From Myxococcota bacterium (GTDB taxonomy: Bacteria; Myxococcota_A; UBA9160; UBA6930), in contig OZ245015.1 of the NCBI GenBank assembly GCA_965223705.1, positions 3,744,001-3,808,000 of the forward strand: a stretch of 64,000 nucleotides of DNA, in the 5' to 3' direction. Both the position numbers and the translations under genes were made by a program. The notes beneath the pieces are model-generated. The model was not told the DNA's origin, did no database searches, and saw only the letters and a list, made by a program, of their open reading frames with translations. Each line of letters opens with the position of its first letter. Within the stretch, counting starts at the first letter, position 1. Positions 1-9,392 of this stretch are shown here, piece by piece.

Positions 1-275
1 GCATCGGGATCGTTTCGCGCGAGTTCGACGTTGCCCAGCGTGATGTGGAACGTCGCTCGCCCCGGGGCGGAGTCGACGGCGCGACGCAGATAGTCGCGCG
101 CTTCTTGAAGGTCACCCGCGTCGCTTCGGATCACCCCGAGCAGATAGAGCGCACCCTCATGTTCGGGCTCCGAGGAAGACAACCGCGTCGCGAGCGTTTC
201 GGCCTCGGTTGAGCGGCCGGCCCGGTAGGCCTCGAGAGCGCGACGCAGTGTTTCCTTACTCGGGCGCGAGACCAT
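1..275 (-). CDS. TPR-repeat protein, N-terminal part (runs off the window)
   Basis: Manual translation from ATG 275: MVSRPSKETLRRALEAYRAGR...ALYLLGVIRSDAGDLQEARDYLRRAVDSAPGRATFHITLGNV, a TPR consensus pattern. Confidence 0.8.
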   Translation of the reverse strand, partial: MVSRPSKETLRRALEAYRAGRSTEAETLATRLSSSEPEHEGALYLLGVIRSDAGDLQEARDYLRRAVDSAPGRATFHITLGNVELARNDPD

Positions 276-289
276 TCGTCAAGGCTATG

Positions 290-1339
290 TCAGTCCGATA
301 GTTCCGCCAGCGGATGGCGCCCTTCGAACGGCTCCTCGAAGTGCGCGGCGACCACGGCGTCGTCGACATCGGCTAGCTCGGCGGGCTCCCAGTTCGGTTG
401 GTTGTCGCGGTCGATGAGCCGCGCGCGAACGCCTTCGGGGAAATTGCCTCGTCTCATGCACTGCGCGGCGAGGGTCAAGTCTTGGCGAAGCACCTCCGCG
501 AGGCTCATCGAGGCGCCTCGGCGCAGCGCTTCGTCCGCGATCCGCACCGAGGTCGGGCAAGCCCGTGCGAACGCGTCCGCTCCCGCGGCGAGCCAAGGAT
601 CCGCGTGGGCTTCCGGTGCGGAAAGACACTCGGGGAAGTCTCTTTGCGCAATCACCGAAGAGACGCGTTCGAAGGACGCCCCTTTTGACTCGACTTCCGG
701 GACGACCGAGGCGACCTCGGCGACGGACACACCGGGATCGCACTTCGAGAGCGAACCCTCGACAGTGGACCATGCGGAGCGCGGCACAATCCGATCGGCG
801 AGACCGAAGGCGCAAGCGGTGGTCGCATCCATCGTTGTTCCGGTCACTGCGAAGAAACGACCCACGCCGCCCGGCAGGGCGGAGAGAAAACGCGCTGCGG
901 CGCAATCGGGAAACAAGCCGATGCTCACTTCCGGCATCGCGAACCGAGCGTCCGGGTCCGCGATGCGAAGGCCGCCGGCGACGAACAGGCCGAATCCCGC
1001 ACCCATCACCGCGCCGTGTCCGAAGATCGCCACCGGCTTTGGAAACCGGTACACGAGATAGTCCATGCGGTACTCGGCGGCGAACAGGGAGAGGCCGTAC
1101 ACGGGCCCGCCTCTCGCCAGGTGCTCGCAAATCATGCGGACGTCGCCGCCGGCGCAGAAACCCCGATCGCCCTCGCCGCGGATCGCCACCACCGCGATAG
1201 CCGGGTCATCCGCGAACCGGCGGAGGCCGTCTTCCAGCGGACGCAGCAAATCGAGGTGCAACGCGTTGATGCGCTCGGGACGCGAAAGAACGGCGAGGCC
1301 CAACGAGCCTCGCCGTTCGAATCGGACGTGTGCCGACAA
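290..1339 (-). CDS. Enoyl-CoA hydratase/isomerase family, 3-hydroxyisobutyryl-CoA hydrolase-like
   Basis: LSRPERINAL, FCAGGDV, MGAGFGL, FAMPEVSIGLFPD, FPEGVRARLIDRDNQPNW motifs. Confidence 0.9.
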   Translation of the reverse strand: MSAHVRFERRGSLGLAVLSRPERINALHLDLLRPLEDGLRRFADDPAIAVVAIRGEGDRGFCAGGDVRMICEHLARGGPVYGLSLFAAEYRMDYLVYRFPKPVAIFGHGAVMGAGFGLFVAGGLRIADPDARFAMPEVSIGLFPDCAAARFLSALPGGVGRFFAVTGTTMDATTACAFGLADRIVPRSAWSTVEGSLSKCDPGVSVAEVASVVPEVESKGASFERVSSVIAQRDFPECLSAPEAHADPWLAAGADAFARACPTSVRIADEALRRGASMSLAEVLRQDLTLAAQCMRRGNFPEGVRARLIDRDNQPNWEPAELADVDDAVVAAHFEEPFEGRHPLAELSD

Positions 1340-1343
1340 TGGC

Positions 1344-2627
1344 TTACGCCTTGGCGAGCGCCTGATCGATGTCTTCGATGATGTCGTCGACGTGCTCGAT
1401 GCCGATCGAGAGCCGCACGTAGCCCGGCGTCACACCGGCCTGGAGTAGCTCCTCATCGCTCAGCTGGCTGTGCGTCGTCGTCGCGGGATGAATCGCCAAG
1501 CTCCGCGCGTCGCCGATGTTCGCCACGTGGTACAGCATCTTCAGGTTGTCGATGAACTTGAGGCCCGCTTCTTTGCCGCCCTCGAGCTCCATACCCATCA
1601 ACCCGCCGTAGCCGCCGTTGAGATACGCATCCGCGCGGCGCCGCGCCTCACCCGTTTGCTGACTCGGGTGAATCACCTTTGTCACCTTGGGATGCTTCGC
1701 GAGGTAGTCCGCCACGGTGTTCGCGTTTTCGTTGTGCTGCCGCATCCGGAGCGCCACCGTCTCGATACCTTGCAGGAACAGGAACGCGTTGAACGGCGAC
1801 ATCGCGGCGCCCGCGTCGCGCAGCAGCGTAACGCGTGCCTTGAGAATGTAGGCGATGGGGCCGAGTGGCTTCGCCGCTTCGAGCCAGACCGCGCCGTGAT
1901 ACCCCGGATCGGGACGCGTGAGCAGCGGGAAGCGCTCTTTGTGTGCTTCCCAATCGAACTTGCCGCTGTCGATGATCGCGCCGCCGATCGACGTACCGTG
2001 CCCACCCAGGTACTTCGTGGTCGAATACATGGTGATGGCCGCGCCGTGATCGAAGGGTCGGCAGATGATCGGTGCCGCGGTGTTGTCCATGATCAGCGGG
2101 ATCCCGAACTCTTGGCCGATGGCCGCGACCTCGGAGATGGGAAAGACCTCGAGCTTCGGGTTCGGCAGGGTCTCCGCGTAGTAGGCGCGCGTGTTGTCGT
2201 CGGTCGCTTTGCGAAACGCCTCCGGATCCGAGGGATCGACAAAGCGCACTTCGATCCCCATGTCGCGCGCGGTCACATTGAAGAGGTTCCAGGTGCCGCC
2301 GTAGATGTTCGTCGAGGAGACGAAGTTGTCCCCCGCTCGGGCGATGTTCTGAATCGTGTAGAGAGAAGCCGCCTGGCCCGATGCGACGGCGAGCCCGGCG
2401 ACGCCGCCTTCCATCGCCGCGAGCCGCTGCTCGAGCACGTCCGTCGTCGGATTCATGATCCGGGTGTAGATATTGCCGAGCTCTTTGAGCGCGAACAGGT
2501 TCGAAGCGTGTTCGGCGTCGTTGAACTGATAACTCGTGGTCTGGTAGATCGGGACCGCGACCGATCCAGTGGTGGGATCCGCGCGGTACCCTGCGTGCAG
2601 GGCCAGGGTCTCGGGCTTGTGCGCCAT
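1344..2627 (-). CDS. metY: O-acetylhomoserine aminocarboxypropyltransferase (sulfhydrylase)
   Basis: PIYQTTSY, GNIYTRIMNPT, STTKYLGGHG PLP site, HVANIGDARSLAIHPATTTHSQL. Confidence 0.95.
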   Translation of the reverse strand: MAHKPETLALHAGYRADPTTGSVAVPIYQTTSYQFNDAEHASNLFALKELGNIYTRIMNPTTDVLEQRLAAMEGGVAGLAVASGQAASLYTIQNIARAGDNFVSSTNIYGGTWNLFNVTARDMGIEVRFVDPSDPEAFRKATDDNTRAYYAETLPNPKLEVFPISEVAAIGQEFGIPLIMDNTAAPIICRPFDHGAAITMYSTTKYLGGHGTSIGGAIIDSGKFDWEAHKERFPLLTRPDPGYHGAVWLEAAKPLGPIAYILKARVTLLRDAGAAMSPFNAFLFLQGIETVALRMRQHNENANTVADYLAKHPKVTKVIHPSQQTGEARRRADAYLNGGYGGLMGMELEGGKEAGLKFIDNLKMLYHVANIGDARSLAIHPATTTHSQLSDEELLQAGVTPGYVRLSIGIEHVDDIIEDIDQALAKA

Positions 2628-2659
2628 GCCATCTCCTTCGGTGGGCGTGGGCCGGGAGG

Positions 2660-3397
2660 TTACGCGATCGGGTCCGGCAGCGCCGGGGCCGCGTTCGGGG
2701 CGGGCGAGGCGCCCGAGTAACCTTCCTTTCGACAGCGCAGGTCGAAGTAGAAGATCGTGATCACCGTCGTGAAATACCCCGCGGTGATCGCGTTGAGCAT
2801 CACCTCGATCGCTTCGGCCAAGGGCGGCGCAAGGGCGCTCAAAAACAAGCCGACGGAACCGACGAGCATGAAAACGACGAAGGTGACGGCCAGGAGAGCC
2901 GCGCTCCGCAGCAAGTGGCCGCGCATCAATGCGCGGCTGCGTCCGAGAGCGCGGGCGCCCGCGACGCCTTCGAGAACGACCGCCGGCCCGACGACCAGAA
3001 ACGCGAGACTCAAGTACACCCCGGGAAGAATGAACAGGAGAAACCCCAAGAAAGCGGCGATCGCTCCGAGGACCTGGGTCACGAACAGGGGAACCGCGCG
3101 CGCCGCACCCCGGGCGAAGGCTTCGCGGATCTCGACCGGTTGCCCGAGGTAGGCGCGGGCCATCGCGTGGGTTGTGGCCGTGGCGCCGACGGTCTGGAGG
3201 GCGATTCCCAGCAGCGCGAGGGCGATGGCCGTTTCCAGTGCTCCCCCCGCCGCCGGATCGGCCGAGCCCGATAGCACGAAGAAAGGCACGAACGAGAGAT
3301 CGAGCGCCAACACGAGAGCGAGTTCGCGCCGCGTCAAGGCGAGCGCCTCGGCGAGGATGTCGGCGAAGGGCATCGGCTCGACAACCCGCAACCTCAC
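2660..3397 (-). CDS. Multi-pass membrane protein of unknown function
   Basis: About 6 hydrophobic segments, LFILPGVYL, ALGRSRAL and C-terminal YFDLRCRKEG; GTGA overlap with smpB stop. Confidence 0.75.
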   Translation of the reverse strand: MRLRVVEPMPFADILAEALALTRRELALVLALDLSFVPFFVLSGSADPAAGGALETAIALALLGIALQTVGATATTHAMARAYLGQPVEIREAFARGAARAVPLFVTQVLGAIAAFLGFLLFILPGVYLSLAFLVVGPAVVLEGVAGARALGRSRALMRGHLLRSAALLAVTFVVFMLVGSVGLFLSALAPPLAEAIEVMLNAITAGYFTTVITIFYFDLRCRKEGYSGASPAPNAAPALPDPIA

Positions 3398-3894
3398 GGT
3401 TCGTCGCGCTCCCGGCGTCGCATCGCCCGCTTGGCTTCGCGGTCGTCTTCTCGCGCGCGAATCGCCTGGCGTTTGTCGTAGCGGCGGCGCCCCCGAGCGA
3501 GGCCCAGCTCGACCTTGGCGCGACCGTCCTTCCAGTAGAGTGCGAGCGGAATCAAGGTGAGTCCCCGTTCGGCGACACGGCCCGCCAGCCTCGCGATCTC
3601 GCTCCGGTGAAGCAGGAGCTTGCGCGGCCGCATCGGCTCGCTGTTTTCACGACCCGCTTGCTCATAGGGACTGATGTGCAGTTTGCGGAGCCAGACTTCC
3701 CCGCGCTCGATATCGGCGTAGGCGTCGGCGAGGTTCGCGCGGCCCTCCCGGAGAGACTTCACTTCCGGCCCGAGCAGCGCGATCCCGGCCTCGAAACGGT
3801 CGAGGATCTCGTATTCGTGCCGCGCCTTGCGGTTCTGGGCAATCAGGCGCTGGGCCTTCGCGTCACCCTTCTGCTTTTTGCCCTTCCCCGCCAT
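3394..3894 (-). CDS. smpB: SsrA-binding protein
   Basis: NRKARHEYEILDRFEAGIALLGPEVKSLR, RKLLLH, YDKRQAI. Confidence 0.97.
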   Translation of the reverse strand: MAGKGKKQKGDAKAQRLIAQNRKARHEYEILDRFEAGIALLGPEVKSLREGRANLADAYADIERGEVWLRKLHISPYEQAGRENSEPMRPRKLLLHRSEIARLAGRVAERGLTLIPLALYWKDGRAKVELGLARGRRRYDKRQAIRAREDDREAKRAMRRRERDEP

Positions 3895-3913
3895 GGCGGG
3901 CGAATCTAGCGCC

Positions 3914-4264
3914 TCAGTCGCGAATTCGGTTCTTTTCGTCGACGAAGATCCGCGTCGCAGTGAAGCCCGGCAACTCCTCCTCGGAAACCTGCACCCAGCT
4001 CGCGATGATCACGAGGTCGTGGGGCTTTACGAGATGGGCCGCCGCGCCGTTGATGCAGATCTCGCCCGAACCGCGCTCGCCGGGGATGGCGTACGTCGAC
4101 AGGCGCGCACCGTTCGTGCAGTCCCAAACGTCGACGGCTTCGTAGGGCAAGATGTTCGCCGCTTCGAGAAGGTCGGTATCGATCGAGATACTGCCTTCGT
4201 ATTCGACGTTCGCTTCGGTCACCGTCGCCCGGTGGATCTTACTCTTCAGCATTCTTCGCAGCAT
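3914..4264 (-). CDS. panD: Aspartate 1-decarboxylase
   Basis: [16 protein letters not shown] pyruvoyl cleavage site, [17 protein letters not shown]. Confidence 0.97.
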   Translation of the reverse strand: MLRRMLKSKIHRATVTEANVEYEGSISIDTDLLEAANILPYEAVDVWDCTNGARLSTYAIPGERGSGEICINGAAAHLVKPHDLVIIASWVQVSEEELPGFTATRIFVDEKNRIRD

Positions 4265-4272
4265 GAACTCTC

Positions 4273-5142
4273 CTAGCCGACGCCCAGGACGCGGTTGTCA
4301 ATCAGCCGAACCGGCGCTTCGCCGTCCTCCGACGGAAAGAACACGGCAGCCGCCAAGAGGAACGACTCGCCGCCCGTTTCCGCGGATTCCGCAAGCGTCG
4401 TGGGATCGCGAACTTCGAAATAATCGACGCTCGCGAGCGGCGCTTTCTCGATCTCGCGCAGCGCGAGCTCGCGCAAGGCGCCGGGCCTGCGCTCGCCGCT
4501 CGCGAACGCGCGCTCCGCAGCCGAAAGGCACGCCGGAATCACGCGGGCCTGGCGACGCGCTTCCGCGGTGAGACGCCGATTGCGGCTCGACATCGCGAGG
4601 CCATCCGATTCCCGGGCGGTCGGCACGCCGACAATTTCGAGATTGAACCCGAGATCGCGCACCATCTTTCGAATGATCGCCAGCTGCTGGTAGTCCTTCT
4701 CACCGAACACCGCGACCTGCGGTTTCGCGGCGAGAAACAGCTTCGCCACTACCGTCGCGACGCCGCGAAAATGCCCGGGTCGCGAGGCGCCGCACAGAGG
4801 CTCGGAGAGCTCTTCGACGTCCACCCATGTCTTGGCTCCGTCCGGATACATCTCTGTCGGCGTCGGTGCGAAAACGACTTCAACTCCCGCGGCTTCGCAC
4901 GCCGCGCAGTCCGCTTCGAAGGTTCGCGGGTACGCGTCGAGATCTTCGTTCGGCCCGAACTGCGTCGGGTTCACGAAGATCGAAACCCACACCGCGTGTG
5001 CGTGCTGTTTCGCGGCCCGCATCAGCGACACGTGTCCTTCGTGCAAAGCGCCCATGGTCGGAACCAGTGCGATACGTCGCCCGGACGCGCGTTCGTGATC
5101 CGACAGTTCCTGCAAGTCCCGTACGGTTCGAATGATCTTCAT
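4273..5142 (-). CDS. panC: Pantoate-beta-alanine ligase
   Basis: [41 protein letters not shown]. Confidence 0.97.
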   Translation of the reverse strand: MKIIRTVRDLQELSDHERASGRRIALVPTMGALHEGHVSLMRAAKQHAHAVWVSIFVNPTQFGPNEDLDAYPRTFEADCAACEAAGVEVVFAPTPTEMYPDGAKTWVDVEELSEPLCGASRPGHFRGVATVVAKLFLAAKPQVAVFGEKDYQQLAIIRKMVRDLGFNLEIVGVPTARESDGLAMSSRNRRLTAEARRQARVIPACLSAAERAFASGERRPGALRELALREIEKAPLASVDYFEVRDPTTLAESAETGGESFLLAAAVFFPSEDGEAPVRLIDNRVLGVG

Positions 5143-5146
5143 CGAA

Positions 5147-5974
5147 TTACTCGTAGGTGTGTTCTTCGGCGGGGAACTTTCGGTTCCGCACGTCGTCGAT
5201 GTAGTTGCGGGCCGCTTTTGAGACCTGAGCGCCCAGATCGGCGTAGGTCTTTACGAAGGTCGGCGTCCAGTCGTTGAGCCCGAGCATGTCGTGCATCACC
5301 AGGACCTGTCCGTCGCAACCGACGCCCGCACCGATCCCGATGGTGGGAATCGACAATTCGGCCGTGACTTCTGCGGCCAGCGGCGCGGGCACGCCCTCCA
5401 AGACCACGGCGAAGGCACCGGCTTCTTCCACCGCCCGCGCGTCTGCCAGCACTTGCTCACGGCCGGCGTCGCCGCGCCCCTGCACGCGATAACCGCCCAT
5501 TTTGTGAACCGACTGCGGCGTCAATCCGACATGTCCCATCACGGGGATTTCGGCCGCCACGATGCGGGCGATCGTGTCGGCGATCGCGGTGCCGCCCTCG
5601 AGCTTCACCGCCTGCGCACCGCCGTCCTTGATGAGTGCCACGGCACTCCGGACGGCGTCGTCGGAAGAGATTTGGTAGGAGCCGAAGGGCATGTCGGCGA
5701 CGACCAGCGCGCGCGTTGCCCCGCGAACCACCAGGCGCGTGTGGTAGATCATTTCTTCGAGGGTGACGGGCAGCGTCGTGTCCCGGCCCTGCACGACGTT
5801 CGCCAGCGAATCTCCGACCAACAGAACGTCGATTCCGCCGTCATCGAACAGACGCGCAAACGTGCAGTCGTACGCCGTGAGCATGGTAATCGGCTCGGCG
5901 CGCCGTTTCGCGCGCGCAAGCGAACGCACCGTGACGCGATGCTCTCTCCGCGAAGCCTTGGTTACTGTCGACAT
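5147..5974 (-). CDS. panB: 3-methyl-2-oxobutanoate hydroxymethyltransferase
   Basis: MLTAYD, LLVGDSL, ADMPFGSY, VKLEGG, GHVGLTPQS, DGQVLV. Confidence 0.97.
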   Translation of the reverse strand: MSTVTKASRREHRVTVRSLARAKRRAEPITMLTAYDCTFARLFDDGGIDVLLVGDSLANVVQGRDTTLPVTLEEMIYHTRLVVRGATRALVVADMPFGSYQISSDDAVRSAVALIKDGGAQAVKLEGGTAIADTIARIVAAEIPVMGHVGLTPQSVHKMGGYRVQGRGDAGREQVLADARAVEEAGAFAVVLEGVPAPLAAEVTAELSIPTIGIGAGVGCDGQVLVMHDMLGLNDWTPTFVKTYADLGAQVSKAARNYIDDVRNRKFPAEEHTYE

Positions 5975-6194
5975 GAAACCCCCTCACATGCAGCAATCTG
6001 CCGCGCCCGAGGGACCGTCTCATTCAGGTGCGAAGTTTCAGCGCAAAAACTCGAATCAACTGTTCTGCCCAGCAAGACTGCACGTGCGCGAGTTCCCGTT
6101 GGTGGGACCCGATCGGACCACGCTGGCAGAAGGGGGATAGCGGCCTGGGGGCTAGCGAATGACCCCGAGCCGTCTCTCCGATCTTCGCCGGCTT

Positions 6195-6228
6195 CCCGTC
6201 TCGGTCCAGTGAGGATCCGAGCGTCGGG
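6195..6228 (-). ncRNA. pan RNA motif hairpin in the panB 5' leader
   Basis: Minus strand CG-CUCGG-A-UCC-UCACU-GGA-CCGAG-A-CG: stem with two bulged A residues upstream of panBCD, the defining structure and context of the pan motif. Confidence 0.85.
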
Positions 6229-6385
6229 CGCGATCGGGACTCGGTTCGGTGCTTCCTATGTTGGGCCGACAGTCGTCCGCAAACTTCGGACTGAACGACC
6301 GGCGCCCGTTGACGTAGGGGACCACACCGTGTGGTTCCCCTCGCTCGAAAGAAACTGCCACGCAGTTCCTGTCGTTAGTGGCGCG

Positions 6386-6415
6386 ACGCTATCTGAGAGA
6401 GACGGAAAAAGTCAA
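6386..6415 (-). promoter_or_regulatory. sigma70-like promoter for the pan operon leader
   Basis: Minus strand TTGACT-N18-TAGCGT, preceded by a T tract. Confidence 0.6.
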
Positions 6416-6422
6416 AAAAAAT

Positions 6423-6719
6423 TCATTCCCCAGGGGTCTCTCCCGGGGACACGAGCGCATTCCGAACCGCGGGCGGCAGGTAGCGCTCCTCCAGCGCGTC
6501 GCCTGCCACGGCGGCCAACGCCTGGGCTGCGGCCGCGATGCGATCTTCGAGGGACTCCTGCCCGATGATCACGAGCCACTGCTCTCCGTTGACGCGACAC
6601 AAGCCGCTGCGGGGCGCTAGGTCGGGCTCCCCGTGTCGCGATGCCTGCTGCTTGTGTACGGAAATTCCGTGTTCGCGCGCGAGATCGAGTAGGCAGCCGA
6701 AGACTTCCGCCCGCTCCAT
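6423..6719 (-). CDS. Hypothetical protein (98 aa)
   Basis: ATG just after the PilZ stop; protein-like sequence SGLCRVNGEQWLVI...LEERYLPPAVRNAL. Confidence 0.7.
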   Translation of the reverse strand: MERAEVFGCLLDLAREHGISVHKQQASRHGEPDLAPRSGLCRVNGEQWLVIIGQESLEDRIAAAAQALAAVAGDALEERYLPPAVRNALVSPGETPGE

Positions 6720-6721
6720 AC

Positions 6722-7066
6722 CTAGCGCCCGGCTTCGCTCGGCTGACTCGCGAAGTCGTAGATCCGCTGCCGGGTCGCGTTGTCGAGGCCCTCGAAGCGC
6801 AGGCCCGTCTCGATGTGGATTCCACCGTGGGCGTCGGCCTTGACCTCCTGGCTCCAGACCATCAGTGCCCAGGTCTCTACGGTCATGTCGATTCCGGGCA
6901 CCCGGAAGCGAACCACCACCTTCTCGTCGGGCGCGATGGGATCGCGGAGCTGCAGACACAACCCGCCCGCGGAGAGATTGAGGGCGTACTCCGTCGATGC
7001 CCTCCCGTCGGCCCGCTCGAGGCGAACCGGGATCGGTATGGGCAAATGGAAGCGAGGTTCACTCAC
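6722..7066 (-). CDS. Stand-alone PilZ-domain protein
   Basis: NLSAGGLCL (N/DxSxxG), VVVRFRVPG, VW, GLRFEGL beta-barrel pattern; GTG start overlaps rsmA end. Confidence 0.85.
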   Translation of the reverse strand: MSEPRFHLPIPIPVRLERADGRASTEYALNLSAGGLCLQLRDPIAPDEKVVVRFRVPGIDMTVETWALMVWSQEVKADAHGGIHIETGLRFEGLDNATRQRIYDFASQPSEAGR

Positions 7067-7928
7067 GATCGTCCTTTTCGGCCGATCGGGACGCGACCCA
7101 AATCTCATCCCGCTGGGAAAGCGCCAGCCAAGCTTCGGGAGGGATCTCCTGGGGTCGGATCTGTTTCGATATACCCACAGCCGCGAGTCCTGGCTCCAGG
7201 GCCGCGTCCTCGAAGCCGCCGGCGCGAAGCGCGTTCCAGACCGTCTTCCGGCGGCGCCCGAAAGCGGTGCGCAAGAGTTGCTCCAACTTGCGGAGCTGCG
7301 TGTCGGAAATCGCGGGTTCTCTGCGCGGTTCGAAGGACACGAAGGAAGAAGAGACCGCGGGAACCGGGAAAAAGCAACCGGGGCGGAGCTCGGTGCCCTT
7401 GCGCGGGGTGACGAGGAGGCGGTGGAGCACGCTGAGTGAGCCGTAGGCCGCAGTGCCGGTCGCGGCGTCGAGCCGGATCGCGACCTCCTTCTGCAGCATG
7501 ACCGACCAGCCCACCAAGGACTGGCGCGCGTCCAACAAACGGCGCAGGAGCGGCGTCGCGACCGAGTACGGCAAGTTCGCGACGACCCGCGTCGGGCCGT
7601 CCTGCTCCGCCGCCCGGGCCCCGAAATCGACGGCGCGCGCGTCGGCGTGCTCGAGGGACACGTTCGGCGGTAGCCCTTCTTCCCGCAGCACGCGGACCAA
7701 TCCGGCGTCGACCTCAAGGGCGAGGACGCGCTTCGCGCGCGCCGCCAGAGCCCGGGTCAGCATTCCGAGGCCGGCCCCGACTTCGATCGCGGTCTCGTCG
7801 GCGCGAATTCCCGAGAGCTCGACGAGACGATCGGCGATGGAGGACTCGACGAGGAAGTTCTGTCCCCGATCTCGGTGGGCCGCGAGCCCATGGCGTTCCA
7901 GCTGGGCTCGGACCGACCCGGCGCTCAC
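7059..7928 (-). CDS. rsmA: 16S rRNA m6,2A dimethyltransferase
   Basis: GQNFLV, EVGAGLGMLT, VVANLPYSVATP, MLQKEVA, FFPVPAVSS; GTGA overlap with tsaD. Confidence 0.95.
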   Translation of the reverse strand: MSAGSVRAQLERHGLAAHRDRGQNFLVESSIADRLVELSGIRADETAIEVGAGLGMLTRALAARAKRVLALEVDAGLVRVLREEGLPPNVSLEHADARAVDFGARAAEQDGPTRVVANLPYSVATPLLRRLLDARQSLVGWSVMLQKEVAIRLDAATGTAAYGSLSVLHRLLVTPRKGTELRPGCFFPVPAVSSSFVSFEPRREPAISDTQLRKLEQLLRTAFGRRRKTVWNALRAGGFEDAALEPGLAAVGISKQIRPQEIPPEAWLALSQRDEIWVASRSAEKDDRE

Positions 7929-8989
7929 GCGCCGGCCCGCCAGGGTTCTTCTCCGAGCGGCACCCGGGAAAAAGCGCGAAGCGCGGGGCCATCGCGTTGA
8001 CCGCGGGCCAACAGCCGCGTGCCGGCAGCGGCAATCATTGCGGCGTTGTCGGTGCACAACGCGATCGGTGGCGCGAAGACGGAAAACCCGTGCGTCTCGC
8101 CTTCGGCGTGCAGGCGGTCGCGCAAGCGCCCGTTCGCCGCGACGCCTCCGACGACGGCCACGCGCGGCAACCCTTCCCGCTCGACCGCGCGACGGGCGCG
8201 GCTCACCAAAACGTCCGTGGCGGCGGCTTGAAACGAGGCGGCGAGATCCGCCGCTTCAGCTTCGCCGAGAGGAGCGCGTTGTCGGATCGCGAGAAGAACC
8301 GCCGTCTTGAGACCGCTGTACGAAAAATCGAGTCCGGGCCGGCCTTCGAGGGGTCGAGGAAAGTCGATCGCCGTCTCGTCGCCCCGCTCGGCCAGCGCGG
8401 AAACCGCAGGACCGCCGGGGTACGGCAGCCCCAAGAGCTTCGCCACCTTGTCGAAGGCCTCGCCGACGGCGTCATCCCGGGTCTCGCCCAATAATTTCGG
8501 CGGCGCGTCATCGCTGACGCGGTACAGCGCGGTGTGCCCTCCGGACACGACGAGCCCGATGTATGGGAATTCGAGCTCCGGGCATACCATTTCCGCCGCG
8601 GCCAGGTGGCCGGCCAGATGATGCACGCCCACCAGGGGCAACTGAAAGCGGAATGCCAGCGCTTTCGCGAAGGAGAGTCCGACCAGCAGCGATCCCATGA
8701 GTCCCGGGCCGGCGGTCACGGCGACGCCGGACAGGTCCGCCGGCGAGGTGCCCGATGCTTCGAGGGCGCTCGCCACGACTTCGGAAACGCCCCGCACGTG
8801 GTCCCGGGAAGCGAGCTCGGGGACAACACCCCCGTACGCCGCGTGGACGTCCTCTTGACCCCGAATCGCGCTCGCAACGATCTCGTCGCCTCCCCGCACG
8901 ACGGCGGCCGCGAGTTCGTCGCACGAACTCTCGATGCCGAGGACCAGGGTGTTCTTGTCTTGGGTGCTTCGGGGGGTTGCGACCGACAC
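7925..8989 (-). CDS. tsaD: tRNA t6A threonylcarbamoyltransferase
   Basis: LGIESSCDE, GGVVPELASRDH, HHLAGH, VSGGHT, ETRDDAVGEAFDK, CTDNAAMIA. Confidence 0.97.
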   Translation of the reverse strand: MSVATPRSTQDKNTLVLGIESSCDELAAAVVRGGDEIVASAIRGQEDVHAAYGGVVPELASRDHVRGVSEVVASALEASGTSPADLSGVAVTAGPGLMGSLLVGLSFAKALAFRFQLPLVGVHHLAGHLAAAEMVCPELEFPYIGLVVSGGHTALYRVSDDAPPKLLGETRDDAVGEAFDKVAKLLGLPYPGGPAVSALAERGDETAIDFPRPLEGRPGLDFSYSGLKTAVLLAIRQRAPLGEAEAADLAASFQAAATDVLVSRARRAVEREGLPRVAVVGGVAANGRLRDRLHAEGETHGFSVFAPPIALCTDNAAMIAAAGTRLLARGQRDGPALRAFSRVPLGEEPWRAGA

Positions 8990-8999
8990 CGGAGGCAGC

Positions 9000-9362
9000 T
9001 CAGCCCATCCCGCGCTCGAGCTTTTCCTGCTCCGACTTGCAGTCGATGCAGAGCTCCGCGACCGGCCGCGCCTCGAGTCGCTTCAGGCCGATGTCTTCGC
9101 CGCAGCTCTCGCACTCGCCGTATTCACCGGTGCCGATTTTCGCCAACGCCTCGTCGATCTTCGACAACAGGCCGCGTTCGCGCTCGCGCAGGCGACCCGT
9201 AAAGGCCAGGTTCACCTCAGAAGCGGCCGTATCGATCTCGTCCGGGAAGTCGTCGGGGTCGAGATGAACATCGCCTTGGACAGCGCGCTTTGCGTTCCCG
9301 ACGAGCTGCTCGCGTTGGGAGAGCAGGATCTTTCGGAACTTCTCTTGGTCGCGCTTTCTCAC
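9000..9362 (-). CDS. dksA: DksA/TraR C4 zinc-finger protein
   Basis: DEIDTA (DxxDxA) coiled-coil tip; YGECESCG...RLEARPVAELCIDCK. Confidence 0.9.
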   Translation of the reverse strand: MRKRDQEKFRKILLSQREQLVGNAKRAVQGDVHLDPDDFPDEIDTAASEVNLAFTGRLRERERGLLSKIDEALAKIGTGEYGECESCGEDIGLKRLEARPVAELCIDCKSEQEKLERGMG

Positions 9363-9392
9363 CCGTGAATCCTCCGCTGATGGCTTCCGCGC

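Noticed and set aside
6095..6125. CCCACCA-like end on the minus strand, suggesting a tRNA or tmRNA near smpB
   Set aside because: No T-loop (GTTCRA) or acceptor-stem partner is visible; the region fits the pan leader better.
6152..6361. 69-aa ORF in the panB leader as a possible leader peptide
   Set aside because: No recognisable motif, and it overlaps the structured RNA; cannot be supported without ribosome data.
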